Below, one piece after another: positions 9,173 to 19,199 of a stretch of 64,000 nt of DNA (positions within the stretch are counted from its first letter, which is position 1; each line of letters opens with the position of its first letter). Under the pieces are notes generated by a model. It saw only the letters and a program-made list of their open reading frames with translations, did no database searches and was not told the origin of the DNA. This DNA is from Minisyncoccia bacterium. Lineage in GTDB: Bacteria > Patescibacteriota > Minisyncoccia > Phycocordibacterales > UBA9973. The position numbers were made by a program, and so were the translations under genes. The DNA lies in NCBI GenBank assembly GCA_038249055.1, contig JBBRWS010000002.1, positions 14,118 to 78,117 of the forward strand, given 5' to 3'.

Positions 9173-11911
9173 ATGATAGAAGGACTTAATTTAAATAATG
9201 CACCAAAATTTAAAACTCCTCAAGAAGAGTTAGATTTTTTACGTGCACACATAGCAGAACGTGAAAAGATTTTAGGTGACAAAGGTAAAGAAGTTAAAAA
9301 AGAAGAAATAGCTCATGATGCAATTTCTGAATATAGAAAATATAACCCTAGTGATGTTATGCACAAATCAGCTGTTATTAAAAAAAGTGAAATAGAAAAC
9401 TTGGTTTTAAGATTGCATCCAGAATCCCATGATAATAAAATGGAAGAATTACTCGGCATTTTGCTCGATAAAGGAATATCAAACACATTATCAATTATTG
9501 GTGCAATGAATAATCCGCACTTAGATGATGATTTCCATCGTTTCCTTGTTCAATATTTACATAATACACACAAGATTCCAGGGTTAAAGGAAAATACTCC
9601 GCTTTTTAAATCATTAAATATGGCACTTTTTGAAATTTCACTTCCAGATATGAATGACAATGAAGCAAATAAAAAAGGCTTAAAGGAATTACTTGGTGCT
9701 ATGGAACAGTTTTATGCTGGAATGCATTCAGTAGGAGAGGGACGGGAAAATTTTAATCGCAATCATTTTACTCTTGAAATAGCAGTAGCAGAAGGTAGTG
9801 ATAGTTTTATTTTTTATGCGGCAGTTCCATCTGAAAAATCCGATTTATTTGAAAAACAATTATTTGGAGTTCATCCTGAAGCAAAAATCCTAGAAGTTAC
9901 TGATGATTATAATATCTTTTCAGAAAATGCTTCAGTTTCTGGATCATATGCAACACTCGCCCGTCATAATATTTACCCCATAAAACTTCATGATGTTATT
10001 GATCATGATCCACTAAATATTATTTTAAATGTTTTTACCAAATTAAAGAAAAATGGTGAAGGTGCTGCAATTCAGTTTTCAATATGCCCACAAGATGATG
10101 AAATAATGAGGGAATTTCATGAAATTTTATCAAATGTGAAAAATGGTATGTCTGTTCGAACAGCTTCAAGCACTACTCGCCAAGTTGCAAAAGAATTTAA
10201 AAGCCTAGCCAGCGAATTATTTTTTGGAGCATCAAAAAAGAAAGAAGAAAAAAAAGTAAATGATAAAGCTGTAGAAAATATTACAGAAAAAATGAAAAGT
10301 ACAATAATGGCAACCAATATTCGTATTATTACTTCCGCAGAAAATCACCAAAGAGCAGAGCAAATTATTTCTGATATTGAGTCATCTTTTAATCAATTTA
10401 CAGAAGCAGATCGCAATGGATTTAACTTCAATCATCCTGAAGGTAAAAATTTAGCAAATTTAATTCATGAATTTTCATATAGAACTTTTTCAAATGAATA
10501 TTCTATGCCTCTCAATTTAAAAGAACTTGCCACAGTATTACATTTTCCATATGGTGTTGTTTCGTCTCAGCTTAAACAAGCAAAAGCAGGCTTTGCTCCA
10601 GCACCCCTTGAAATGGGGAATGAAGGAATTCTGCTTGGTATAAATAGTTATAGAGGTAAAGATACAGAGATTCGTATGTCTCGCGAAGACAGAATGCGCC
10701 ATATGTATGTTATTGGTCAAACAGGAACTGGTAAAACAACTATTTTGAAGAATATGATTGCTCAAGATATTAGAAATGGAGATGGGTGTTGTTTTATAGA
10801 TCCACACGGAAGTGATATTCAAGATATTTTGAGTTATGTACCTAAAGAACGAATTGATGATGTTGTATATTTTGATCCTGCATATACAGCGAGACCCATG
10901 GGGCTTAATATGCTTGAATTTGATCCTAGATATCCTGAACAGAAAACTCTTGTTGTAAACGAGCTTATGGGTATTTTTAATAAACTTTTTGACATGAAGG
11001 CGGGAGGAGGTGCAATGTTTGAACAGTATTTTAAAAATTCCGCCTTTCTTGTTATGGAACATCCAGAATCTGGGTGTACTTTGCTTGAAATTGGTAGAGT
11101 TCTTTCCGATAAATCATTTCGTGATATGAAACTTTCTCATTGTAAAAATCCTATCATCAAACAATTTTGGCAAGGAGCAGAAAAGACTACTGGAGATCAG
11201 GGTCTTGAAAACTTTGTTCCGTATATTACATCCAAATTTGATAACTTTATCTCTAACGATATTATGAGACCAGTTGTTCTCCAAGAGAAGTCGGTATTTA
11301 ATTTTAGAGAAATTATGGATAATAAAAAAATTCTACTTGTAAATCTTTCAAAAGGTAGACTTGGAGATATAAATGCAAACTTGATAGGTCTAGTTCTAGT
11401 AGGTAAGATACAAATGGCCGCACTTTCTCGTGTAGATATGTACGGACAAAAAATGAATGACTTCTATCTTTATATAGACGAATTCCAAAACGTGACAACT
11501 GATTCGATTTCATCAATTCTTTCAGAGGCTCGCAAATATCGTCTATCTTTAACAGTTGCCCATCAATATATATCACAACTTGAGGAAAATATTAAAAATG
11601 CAGTATTTGGAAACGTAGGTTCAATGGCTATATATCGTATAAGTACAGAGGATGCAAATTTTGTTGAACAACAATTTAAACCCACTTTTACCGCTTCTGA
11701 TATTGTAAAATTAGATAACTTTAATTCATATGTAAAAATGCTTGTGAATGGTACGCCAACAAAGCCATTTAGTATGAAATCGCACTGGAGTATGACAGAA
11801 AGAGGAGATATGGAAGTAGTAGAAAAAATAAAACAATTATCTTATCTCAAATTTGGCCGCCCACGAGAAGAAGTTGAAGATGAAATAATGGAAAAATATA
11901 AACGAGATTAA
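9173..11911 (+). CDS. VirB4/VirD4(TraD)-like ATPase, DUF87/HerA-related, CPR type
   Basis: RHMYVIGQTGTGKT Walker A, IDPHG, LYIDEFQN Walker B, LSEARKYRL..AHQY. Confidence 0.88.
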   Translation: MIEGLNLNNAPKFKTPQEELDFLRAHIAEREKILGDKGKEVKKEEIAHDAISEYRKYNPSDVMHKSAVIKKSEIENLVLRLHPESHDNKMEELLGILLDKGISNTLSIIGAMNNPHLDDDFHRFLVQYLHNTHKIPGLKENTPLFKSLNMALFEISLPDMNDNEANKKGLKELLGAMEQFYAGMHSVGEGRENFNRNHFTLEIAVAEGSDSFIFYAAVPSEKSDLFEKQLFGVHPEAKILEVTDDYNIFSENASVSGSYATLARHNIYPIKLHDVIDHDPLNIILNVFTKLKKNGEGAAIQFSICPQDDEIMREFHEILSNVKNGMSVRTASSTTRQVAKEFKSLASELFFGASKKKEEKKVNDKAVENITEKMKSTIMATNIRIITSAENHQRAEQIISDIESSFNQFTEADRNGFNFNHPEGKNLANLIHEFSYRTFSNEYSMPLNLKELATVLHFPYGVVSSQLKQAKAGFAPAPLEMGNEGILLGINSYRGKDTEIRMSREDRMRHMYVIGQTGTGKTTILKNMIAQDIRNGDGCCFIDPHGSDIQDILSYVPKERIDDVVYFDPAYTARPMGLNMLEFDPRYPEQKTLVVNELMGIFNKLFDMKAGGGAMFEQYFKNSAFLVMEHPESGCTLLEIGRVLSDKSFRDMKLSHCKNPIIKQFWQGAEKTTGDQGLENFVPYITSKFDNFISNDIMRPVVLQEKSVFNFREIMDNKKILLVNLSKGRLGDINANLIGLVLVGKIQMAALSRVDMYGQKMNDFYLYIDEFQNVTTDSISSILSEARKYRLSLTVAHQYISQLEENIKNAVFGNVGSMAIYRISTEDANFVEQQFKPTFTASDIVKLDNFNSYVKMLVNGTPTKPFSMKSHWSMTERGDMEVVEKIKQLSYLKFGRPREEVEDEIMEKYKRD

Positions 11912-12006
11912 GATAAATAGAACTTAAATTTATTTAGGTCCAATTTGTTTATAGGTACTATTTCTGATATAATACCCTTATTATTCAATAACAAAATTCA
12001 AAAAAT

Positions 12007-12480
12007 ATGGAACCCATACATGAAAAATCACTCATTATTATAAAGCCAGATGCAGTTCAACGTAACCTAATTGGTGAAATAATAAGTCGTATTGAAAGAA
12101 AAGGTCTCAAGATTATCGGTATAAAAATGATAAGTATCAGTGATGCATTATTAGATGAACACTATGCACACATTAAAGATAAGCCATTTTTCCCTGGTAT
12201 TCGTGATTTTATGGAGTCATGTCCAGTTATTGTTATGGCTATTGATGGTATAAATACAGTTTCAGCACTTCGTCTCCTTGTTGGTCCAACAAAAGCTTGG
12301 GAAGCAAACGCAGGTACAATTCGTGGTGATTTTTCGTTATCAACTCAATCAAATATTGTCCATGCTTCAGATTCAATTGAAAATGGAGAAATAGAAGTTA
12401 CTCGTTTCTTTGATTTACCAGAACTATTCTCCTATAAAAAAATAGATACTGATTTTATCTACGCTGAACATAAGAAATAA
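12007..12480 (+). CDS. ndk: nucleoside diphosphate kinase
   Basis: IIKPDAVQR, GTIRGDF, NIVHASDS. Confidence 0.97.
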   Translation: MEPIHEKSLIIIKPDAVQRNLIGEIISRIERKGLKIIGIKMISISDALLDEHYAHIKDKPFFPGIRDFMESCPVIVMAIDGINTVSALRLLVGPTKAWEANAGTIRGDFSLSTQSNIVHASDSIENGEIEVTRFFDLPELFSYKKIDTDFIYAEHKK

Positions 12481-12633
12481 TTTACAAATAAAAAAACCTC
12501 GTTAAGAGGTTTTTTTATTTGTATTATACATATAATTTTTTAAAAAAATTCAAAACTCAATTTGAAATACTGTCAAAAGTGTGCTCTTTTAAAAAAGTAC
12601 TTGCGCAGTTTTGTTCTAGGAGTATACTAAAAG

Positions 12634-12782
12634 TAGGATTATTTGAAATGTGTTACCTAGAACAATTTTTTAGGGGATAAAGAGTTTTGATAAAAAACTG
12701 CGAATAATTATTTTTACAAATTTTTATCATCCTTGGTCCCACCTAGCTTTATGCTATGGTAATACGGCCTTCGATAGTCCTA
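12634..12782 (+). ncRNA. ssrS: probable 6S RNA
   Basis: Own promoter (TTGCGC/TATACT) and terminator; ends pair as a long rod (TAGGATTATTTGAA/TTCGATAGTCCTA, GTGTTACC/GGTAATAC) with a 3' CGGC and a central bubble. Confidence 0.55.
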
Positions 12783-12813
12783 ATAAACAATTCTTCCGAG
12801 AGGAAGGATTTTT

Positions 12814-12918
12814 TATTTTTAGAGGTCCAACCTTGATTGAGTACAATCACCTCACGGGTCGGGGCCAGATTTGCCCGTGAGGTCAATCTGCTGATTGAAG
12901 GTTGGACTCTAAAAAATA
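12814..12918. repeat. palindromic element family A
   Basis: AGAGGTCCAACCTT ... AAGGTTGGACTCT with the same inner modules as 8913-9011 in reverse. Confidence 0.85.
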
Positions 12919-12964
12919 TAATATAAATTTCCGATTAGCAAAAATATAAGGTATAATAAGGCTT

Positions 12965-13076
12965 ATACTTGTCCTGTAATAAATTTTTGATTTAATAATA
13001 TTAAGTTAAAAATTATACAAGAGAAGTAGGTTAGATTATAGATATACATTATTATTAAAATTTTAGTACTGGGATG
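12965..13076 (+). repeat. start-codon inverted-repeat element (copy at MBL gene)
   Basis: ATACTTGTCCTGTAATAAATTTT ... AAAATTTTAGTACTGGG-ATG. Confidence 0.75.
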
Positions 13077-14444
13077 GTAAATGAAAAAAATTTAAAAGTC
13101 ACATTTTGTTCTGGGGCAGGAACTGTTACCGGAGCTAATTTTTTATTGGAAGGAAATGAAAAGAAATTCTTAATTGATTGTGGCTTAATTCAAGGAGAAA
13201 AACTAGCAGACGATATGAACTGGGTTACTTTTCCGTATGATGCTTCTACTATTGATATACTTTTTATTACACATGCCCATACTGATCATATCGGAAGAAT
13301 TCCTAAACTTATAAGTGAAGGATTTAACGGTAGAATTATATCAACCATCCCAACTAAGGATATAACTGCAGTAATGCTTGCAGACACAGCGCACCTTTTA
13401 TCTCGAGATGTAGAACATGAACTTGATAAAATATATTCAGCTGAAAATATTAAAAGAGCACTTAGTTTATGGGAGACTCTCGAGTATGGTCAAAAACTTA
13501 ATGTTGATCACGGGTTTCAATTTTCATTTAAAGACGCCGGGCATATTTTAGGTTCAGGAATGTTAGAAATAGTTTACAATGATAAAAAAATAATTTTTAC
13601 TGGAGACTTAGGTAATTCTCCATCGCCATTACTTCCTGATACAGAAGTTATTAATGATGCAGATTATATGATAATGGAATCATGTTATGGAGATCGTAAT
13701 CATGAAAAACGCCAAGAGAGAAAGGAGAAATTAGCTGAAGTTATGAATGATAATTATAATAGAAAGGGGACACTTATTATTCCTACATTTTCACTTGAGC
13801 GTACACAAGAATTACTTTATGAAATGGATACAATGTTGGGTGATAAAAAAATCCCTGAAATGCCAGTATTTTTAGATTCACCTTTATCAATAAAACTAAC
13901 TGATGTTTATTTGAAGTATGATAAATATTTTAATGAAGTTGCGAAAAAAATAATATCTACAGGAAATACATTGTTTACTTTTCCTGGTCTTAAGGAGACG
14001 GTGGAAACGGATGAATCAAAAGCAATATTACACGTACCAGGACCCAAAATAATTATTGCAGGTAGTGGAATGTCTAATGGTGGACGTATTCTTCATCATG
14101 AAATAAATTATCTTCCAAATAAAAATGATACCATTTTACTTACTGGATATCAGTCGTATGGTACTTTGGGGCGGTTAATTTTTGATGGAGCAAAGAAAGT
14201 ACATATAATGGGACAAGAAATTACCATACGAGCTAAGGTAGCCCTAATTAGTGGATATTCAGGACACAAAGATTCAGATCGCCTTGTAGAATTTGTTGAA
14301 AATACAGCTCATACCTTAAAGAAAGTTTTTGTTGTAATGGGCGAACCAAAAGCTTCAATGTTTTTAGCTCAGAAATTGAGAGATAATCTTGGCGTGAAAG
14401 CTTTTGTTCCCATAGCAGGGGAGTCAGTAATAATTGAATGTTAA
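13074..14444 (+). CDS. MBL-fold beta-CASP RNA-processing metallohydrolase
   Basis: THAHTDHIG, AGHILGS, TGDLG, MESCYG, SGYSGHKD. Confidence 0.93.
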   Translation: MVNEKNLKVTFCSGAGTVTGANFLLEGNEKKFLIDCGLIQGEKLADDMNWVTFPYDASTIDILFITHAHTDHIGRIPKLISEGFNGRIISTIPTKDITAVMLADTAHLLSRDVEHELDKIYSAENIKRALSLWETLEYGQKLNVDHGFQFSFKDAGHILGSGMLEIVYNDKKIIFTGDLGNSPSPLLPDTEVINDADYMIMESCYGDRNHEKRQERKEKLAEVMNDNYNRKGTLIIPTFSLERTQELLYEMDTMLGDKKIPEMPVFLDSPLSIKLTDVYLKYDKYFNEVAKKIISTGNTLFTFPGLKETVETDESKAILHVPGPKIIIAGSGMSNGGRILHHEINYLPNKNDTILLTGYQSYGTLGRLIFDGAKKVHIMGQEITIRAKVALISGYSGHKDSDRLVEFVENTAHTLKKVFVVMGEPKASMFLAQKLRDNLGVKAFVPIAGESVIIEC

Positions 14445-14473
14445 ATTAGGATACTTAGTATTTATTAATAAAT

Positions 14474-14959
14474 ATGAATTTTTTAAAACAAAATTCTTTT
14501 GTTGTTTTTAATCATAAAAAAGGTTTTACTTTTATAGAACTTCTCGTTGTTATTTCTATTATTGGAGTTTTATCAACTGTTGTATTGGCATCTCTAAATA
14601 GTGCTAGGGCAAAAGCTAGGGATGCTAAAAGAGAAAAAGATGCCTATGAATTAAGAACTGCACTAAGCATGTATTTTACAGATCATGGTAATTTTCCATT
14701 ATGTGATTTATATGAAGGAGTTGAGCCAGATGGAGGTTTTGTCGTTAGGTCAAACGAGGCTTTATGGAATAGTTGTTTAGGTTTAAAATTGAATCCTTAT
14801 ATAAAAGAAGTTCCACAAGATCCAAATGGTTCATCTTATTATTACTATAGTTGTAACTCCTCATCCTCGTCATCAGCAACTTGTGGAGAGAGTGGGGTAT
14901 ATTTAAATATTTATTTTAAAAAAAGAATACCAAATTTTTTAGCTTTAACTATAAATTAA
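14474..14959 (+). CDS. type IV pilin-like protein (stand-alone)
   Basis: KKG|FTFIELLVVISIIGVLSTVVLASLNSARAKARDAKR. Confidence 0.92.
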   Translation: MNFLKQNSFVVFNHKKGFTFIELLVVISIIGVLSTVVLASLNSARAKARDAKREKDAYELRTALSMYFTDHGNFPLCDLYEGVEPDGGFVVRSNEALWNSCLGLKLNPYIKEVPQDPNGSSYYYYSCNSSSSSSATCGESGVYLNIYFKKRIPNFLALTIN

Positions 14960-14995
14960 AAAACTCCCCTTAGCAGGGGAGTTTTTTAATAATAT

Positions 14996-15337
14996 TTAAA
15001 TACTTTTTACTATTCTGGCAAATGTTTCTGGATTTTTCTGAGCTAAGTCAGAAAGGATTTTTCGGTCAATTACGATGCTCTTCTTTTTAAGTCCATCTAT
15101 AAATTTACTATATGAAATTCCAAGTGGGCGAACAGCAGCATTGATACGTGTAGTCCATAGACTTCTTGCATCAGCTTTTTTATCCTTACGGTGAGCGAAT
15201 GAGTAATTACCTGAGTGTTTCAAAGCTTCTTTAGCTTGTGCTACTTTTGTACTGCGTCCAAAACGGAAGCCTTTTGTTTGTGCAAGTATATTCTTACGAC
15301 GCTTATGTTTTATTGTTCCTCTTTTTACTCTTGTCAT
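14996..15337 (-). CDS. rplT: 50S ribosomal protein L20
   Basis: MTRVKRG, LWTTRINAA, DRKILSDLA. Confidence 0.97.
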   Translation of the reverse strand: MTRVKRGTIKHKRRKNILAQTKGFRFGRSTKVAQAKEALKHSGNYSFAHRKDKKADARSLWTTRINAAVRPLGISYSKFIDGLKKKSIVIDRKILSDLAQKNPETFARIVKSI

Positions 15338-15378
15338 ATTATTCTATTTGTAATTAGTAATTCTTAATTAGTAATTAT

Positions 15379-15570
15379 TTACGCGTTTGGTAAATAAGTT
15401 CTAGTAACTTTATTTGAAAAATTTTGTTGATTCATTTTTCTTCCACCCAATTGCTTTGTTCGTGATTGTTTTGCGTTAAAATGGTTGAATCCCGGAGCAC
15501 GAGATAGGATTTTACCATTTTTTGTAACCTTTAAACGTTTTGTTAATGATTTATTTGTTTTGATACTCAT
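15379..15570 (-). CDS. rpmI: 50S ribosomal protein L35
   Basis: KTNKSLTKRLKVTKNGK; lies between infC and rplT. Confidence 0.93.
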   Translation of the reverse strand: MSIKTNKSLTKRLKVTKNGKILSRAPGFNHFNAKQSRTKQLGGRKMNQQNFSNKVTRTYLPNA

Positions 15571-15574
15571 AAAA

Positions 15575-16117
15575 TTATTCTATGTTTTTTGATATTGGGG
15601 GAGCTATAATCCCTTTATCTTTTTCTATTGTAATGGTTGGACCTTTTGGACCCTTTTTATAATCTTCTGCTATTTTATAATTTTCAGTGATGAGGTGAAG
15701 AACACGATCTAGACGTTCTTTTAAGAATGGATCTGGCATATATTTCGAACGTCCTGATAAGAATAATTCTACTTTAATGCGATGACCCTCTTTAAGCCAT
15801 TCTGAAGCTTTTCTTGCCTTTAGAGCGAGGTCATTATCTCCAGTACCAATCTTTATTTGAATAGATTTGGTTTCTGTCGTTTTAGAGCCTGCTTTGGCTT
15901 TCTTTAACTTCTTATTTTGTTCGTATTTGTACTTACCGTATTCTGCTATTTTTGCTATTGGAGGGTTAGTATTGGGAGAAATTTCAATCAAATCAAGACC
16001 CAGGGCACTTGCCTGTGCCAAAGCTTCCTTAATACTCAAAACACCCAGATTAACTCCTTCGTTTGAGATTACACGAACCTCTGACGCTCTTATTTGATTG
16101 TTTATTCTTTCTCTCAA
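15575..16117 (-). CDS. infC: translation initiation factor IF-3
   Basis: INNQIRASEVRVI, LDLIEISP..PPIAKI.EYGKYKY; start probably non-ATG (TTG 16117 or ATA 16105). Confidence 0.93.
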   Translation of the reverse strand: MRERINNQIRASEVRVISNEGVNLGVLSIKEALAQASALGLDLIEISPNTNPPIAKIAEYGKYKYEQNKKLKKAKAGSKTTETKSIQIKIGTGDNDLALKARKASEWLKEGHRIKVELFLSGRSKYMPDPFLKERLDRVLHLITENYKIAEDYKKGPKGPTITIEKDKGIIAPPISKNIE

Positions 16118-16272
16118 TGTTGTGTCCGATAGAAATAAAAGGTATAAGGCCTTTTGTCCCGACTTCGACTCGGACATTATGTATGAGAATACTCATCCAT
16201 ATGCTCCTCGCTTGTCGTGAAAAATAGATTACCTACCTAAGGCGAATATTATCATATTTATGTTAATATGGC

Positions 16273-16402
16273 AATACTTGTCCCGTTAGAAGCCGTGGTC
16301 ATAGTTTGTAATGGGAAATTGATATATTATTGTTAATTATTAACTAAAAATCCGCAAATTGGTATTTATTAATTATGAACACGATTTGCTTTTAATGGGA
16401 TG
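16273..16402 (+). repeat. start-codon inverted-repeat element (copy at truB)
   Basis: AATACTTGTCCCGTTAGAAGCCGTG ... CACGATTTGCTTTTAATGGG-ATG. Confidence 0.85.
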
Positions 16403-17434
16403 CAAGAGAAGATAAAGATAGTTTATAAAAAGAGTGGACAAACACCCCTAGATTGTATAAATGAAGCCAAAAAAGCAAATTCAGATTTACTTCGTTTACC
16501 TTTAACTTATGCTGGCCGTTTAGACCCTCTAGCAGAGGGTGTTCTTGTTCTTTTAATTGGAGATGAATGTCTAAAAAAGGATGAATATTTAAAACTACCA
16601 AAAGAATATGAGGTTACTATTTTATTTGGTTTTTCTACTGATACATATGATTTAATGGGGAAGGTTATAGATATTAGCACTACGTCGGAATTGTTATTTA
16701 AAAGGTCCTCGGACGAGGGGGTAGAGGTCCAACCTTCAATCAGCAGATTGACCTCACGGGCAAATGTGACCCCAGAGGTTGTACCTCTACTAAGAAAAAA
16801 CGATGAAGCTTTAAATAATCATATTAATTTTGTTGCATCAAGTAAACAAGTGGAATCAAAAGATTCATTTAAAATGGTCTGGCCGAGCCTTAGAGGTACA
16901 ACATCCGAAGTCAGCTTGATGTTGGACCTCTTGGCGAGGAAATCCGAGGACCTTTTAAATGAATCTTTTGATGGAACGACTAAACAAATTAATAAATTTC
17001 TTCCACAATTTACAGGACGTATAACACAATCATATCCACCGTATTCTTCTCGTACGGTAAATGGTAAACCTCTTTATAAATGGGCAAGGGAAGGAAAGTT
17101 AAATGAAATTATAATTCCTTCTCATGATGTATTTGTTGAAAGTATTGAAATAATTAATGAAGGTCTTATTTCTGGAGAAGAATTTTTAAATAAAATAAAA
17201 AAAGATATAGCTCTTGTTTCTGGAGATTTTCGTCAAGAAGAAATTATTAATTTATGGAAAGAAACATTAAAAGACAAAAAAGAAGAACAATATAAAACTA
17301 TAACTTTAAAAATATCTTGTGGTAGTGGAGTGTATGTAAGGGGTATAGCTCACGAACTAGGCATAGCTTTAGGTGTTCCAGCTCTTGCTCTACATATAAA
17401 AAGAACAAAAGTAGGAGAATATAAAAATCAATAA
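16400..17434 (+). CDS. truB: tRNA pseudouridine(55) synthase TruB-like, with ~100-aa repeat-derived insertion
   Basis: AGRLDPLAEGVL, KEYEV..LFG.STDTYD..G, QSYPPYSS..VNGKPLY..AR.G, CGSGVYVRGIAHELG. Confidence 0.9.
   Translation: MQEKIKIVYKKSGQTPLDCINEAKKANSDLLRLPLTYAGRLDPLAEGVLVLLIGDECLKKDEYLKLPKEYEVTILFGFSTDTYDLMGKVIDISTTSELLFKRSSDEGVEVQPSISRLTSRANVTPEVVPLLRKNDEALNNHINFVASSKQVESKDSFKMVWPSLRGTTSEVSLMLDLLARKSEDLLNESFDGTTKQINKFLPQFTGRITQSYPPYSSRTVNGKPLYKWAREGKLNEIIIPSHDVFVESIEIINEGLISGEEFLNKIKKDIALVSGDFRQEEIINLWKETLKDKKEEQYKTITLKISCGSGVYVRGIAHELGIALGVPALALHIKRTKVGEYKNQ
16686..16979. repeat. nested family A and B palindromes in frame within truB
   Basis: 16721-16790 and about 16892-16931 are family A; 16848-16979 matches the intergenic family B copy at 17464-17556. 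Confidence 0.88.
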
Positions 17435-17463
17435 AATAATCTTTGAAAAAATAGATAAGTAAA

Positions 17464-17556
17464 AAGTGGAATCAAAATAAGTATTTAAAATGGTCTGGCA
17501 TTGGTTCCCGTTCCCCTCGTCCGAGGACCTTTTAAATACTTATTTTGATGGAACGA
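17464..17556. repeat. palindromic element family B (intergenic)
   Basis: AAGTGGA-ATCAAAATAAGTATTTAAAA-TGGTCTGGC...CGTCCGAGGACC-TTTTAAATACTTATTTTGAT-GGAACGA. Confidence 0.88.
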
Positions 17557-17560
17557 TTGA

Positions 17561-19009
17561 TTAACTTATTAATTTCTTAGTTTCTTCAAAAAGTTCATCT
17601 ATTCTTTCTTTTGTTTTTGCTTCGCCTATTAGTCTTATAATGGGCTCAGTATTTGATGGACGTAAATGAATCCATGAACTATCAGAAAAATCTAAACGAA
17701 GTCCATCCAGTTCATTTATTTTTATTTCTTTAAAATGATTTTTTAATTTCTCATATATATCTTCAAGTTTTCCTCGTAGCTCGAGTTTATCTTTTCTAAC
17801 TTCATATTTAGGTAAAGAATTTACACATTCACTTATTGTTTGATTCCTTTCCGCTAATAATTCTAATATTAAAGACAAGCTCACAAAACTATCGCGTGCC
17901 ATATTAATAGTAGGGTATATAATTCCACCTCCACCTTCGCCTCCTATAATTGCATTATTTTCTATCATTCCAGCAACAACATTTGCTTCTCCAACTTTTG
18001 TTCTCACACACTCACTTTCATGTTTTGTTGCAATATCTTTGTTCATTTGAGATGTAGACATATTTATTACAACTTTATTTTTGGGATTTTTTGATAATAT
18101 TGCTTCTACTCCTAAAGCAACTGTATATTCTTCAGATATTACTTCACCATTCTCGTTTATTACCACTAGTCTGTCAGCATCAGGGTCATGAGCAAATCCA
18201 ATATCACATTTTTTTTCTTTTACTAGATTTGCGATATCTTGTAAATTTTCTTTAACGGGTTCTGGTTTATGAGCAAATTTACCATTTGGAATATTATTGA
18301 GTGGAATAAGTTCCACTCCTAGGTGTTCAAATAAATACGGGTCTAAAACACAAGCTGAAGCATTTATCATATCAACAGCAACTTTGAATTTGCGAAGACC
18401 AATAGCCTCTATATTTATATTTTGAAGAATTTGGTCCGCGTGTTCTTTTGGGAGATTAGAAATATTTCTTTTGAAGAGATAAGGTAAAATATCTCTTATC
18501 GAGGTCCTGCGCATGCTATTTAGTCGAGACGCAAAAATTTTTGCTAAAAAATAATTTGGTCCTAAATTAGAATTATACTTTTCAAGTTTTTGTTCATTAA
18601 TTTTTTTATAATTCTCTTTAATTATTTCAACTTCAGCCTCGCTCGTAAAAAGTGCTTTGTTAGTTACGAATTTTAACCCATTATATTCTCTAGGATTATG
18701 ACTTGCAGTTATTATTATTGCACTATCATATTTGTGTTTATGAACAGCAAAAAGAACTGTAGGGGTAGGTAATATATCTCCATCAATAAAATCTATACCC
18801 AGATCAACAAGTGTTTTTATTATATTTTTTTTTATTTCTGGCCCACTTTCTCGTCCATCACGACCAATAAGAATGGTTGGATTTTCATTTATATTTTCCT
18901 TAACAAATATTATAAAAGCTTTTGTATAATTTTTAACAATTTCGTGATTTAAACTTTCCCCCCATATACCTCTATATCCTGAAACTGTAAGTTTTGGTTC
19001 ATTTTGCAT
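17561..19009 (-). CDS. phosphohexomutase (GlmM/PMM-PGM family)
   Basis: TASHNP, DPDADR, GGEGGGG, RPSNTEPIIR. Confidence 0.93.
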   Translation of the reverse strand: MQNEPKLTVSGYRGIWGESLNHEIVKNYTKAFIIFVKENINENPTILIGRDGRESGPEIKKNIIKTLVDLGIDFIDGDILPTPTVLFAVHKHKYDSAIIITASHNPREYNGLKFVTNKALFTSEAEVEIIKENYKKINEQKLEKYNSNLGPNYFLAKIFASRLNSMRRTSIRDILPYLFKRNISNLPKEHADQILQNINIEAIGLRKFKVAVDMINASACVLDPYLFEHLGVELIPLNNIPNGKFAHKPEPVKENLQDIANLVKEKKCDIGFAHDPDADRLVVINENGEVISEEYTVALGVEAILSKNPKNKVVINMSTSQMNKDIATKHESECVRTKVGEANVVAGMIENNAIIGGEGGGGIIYPTINMARDSFVSLSLILELLAERNQTISECVNSLPKYEVRKDKLELRGKLEDIYEKLKNHFKEIKINELDGLRLDFSDSSWIHLRPSNTEPIIRLIGEAKTKERIDELFEETKKLIS

Positions 19010-19199
19010 AAATATATTTTATCATAAACAACAGTCCAATACCTCTTTTAATAAAATAATCAATTGTTTACGGTTCTATAATTTATTCCATTATTGGGTA
19101 AGTTATGATATTGCTAAATAATCTTTACTTTTGATATAATAAAGTAGCATAAGTTCTATGTGTCGAGTTATTAATTATTAATTTATTAGTTAAAAAATA

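Noticed and set aside
9173-11911. Conjugative element around the VirB4/VirD4-like ATPase
   Set aside because: No relaxase or other T4SS genes nearby; lone copies are common in CPR chromosomes.
16686-16979. Intein or group I/II intron in truB
   Set aside because: No Cys/Ser...His-Asn termini and no intron core; the sequence is explained by dispersed palindromes.
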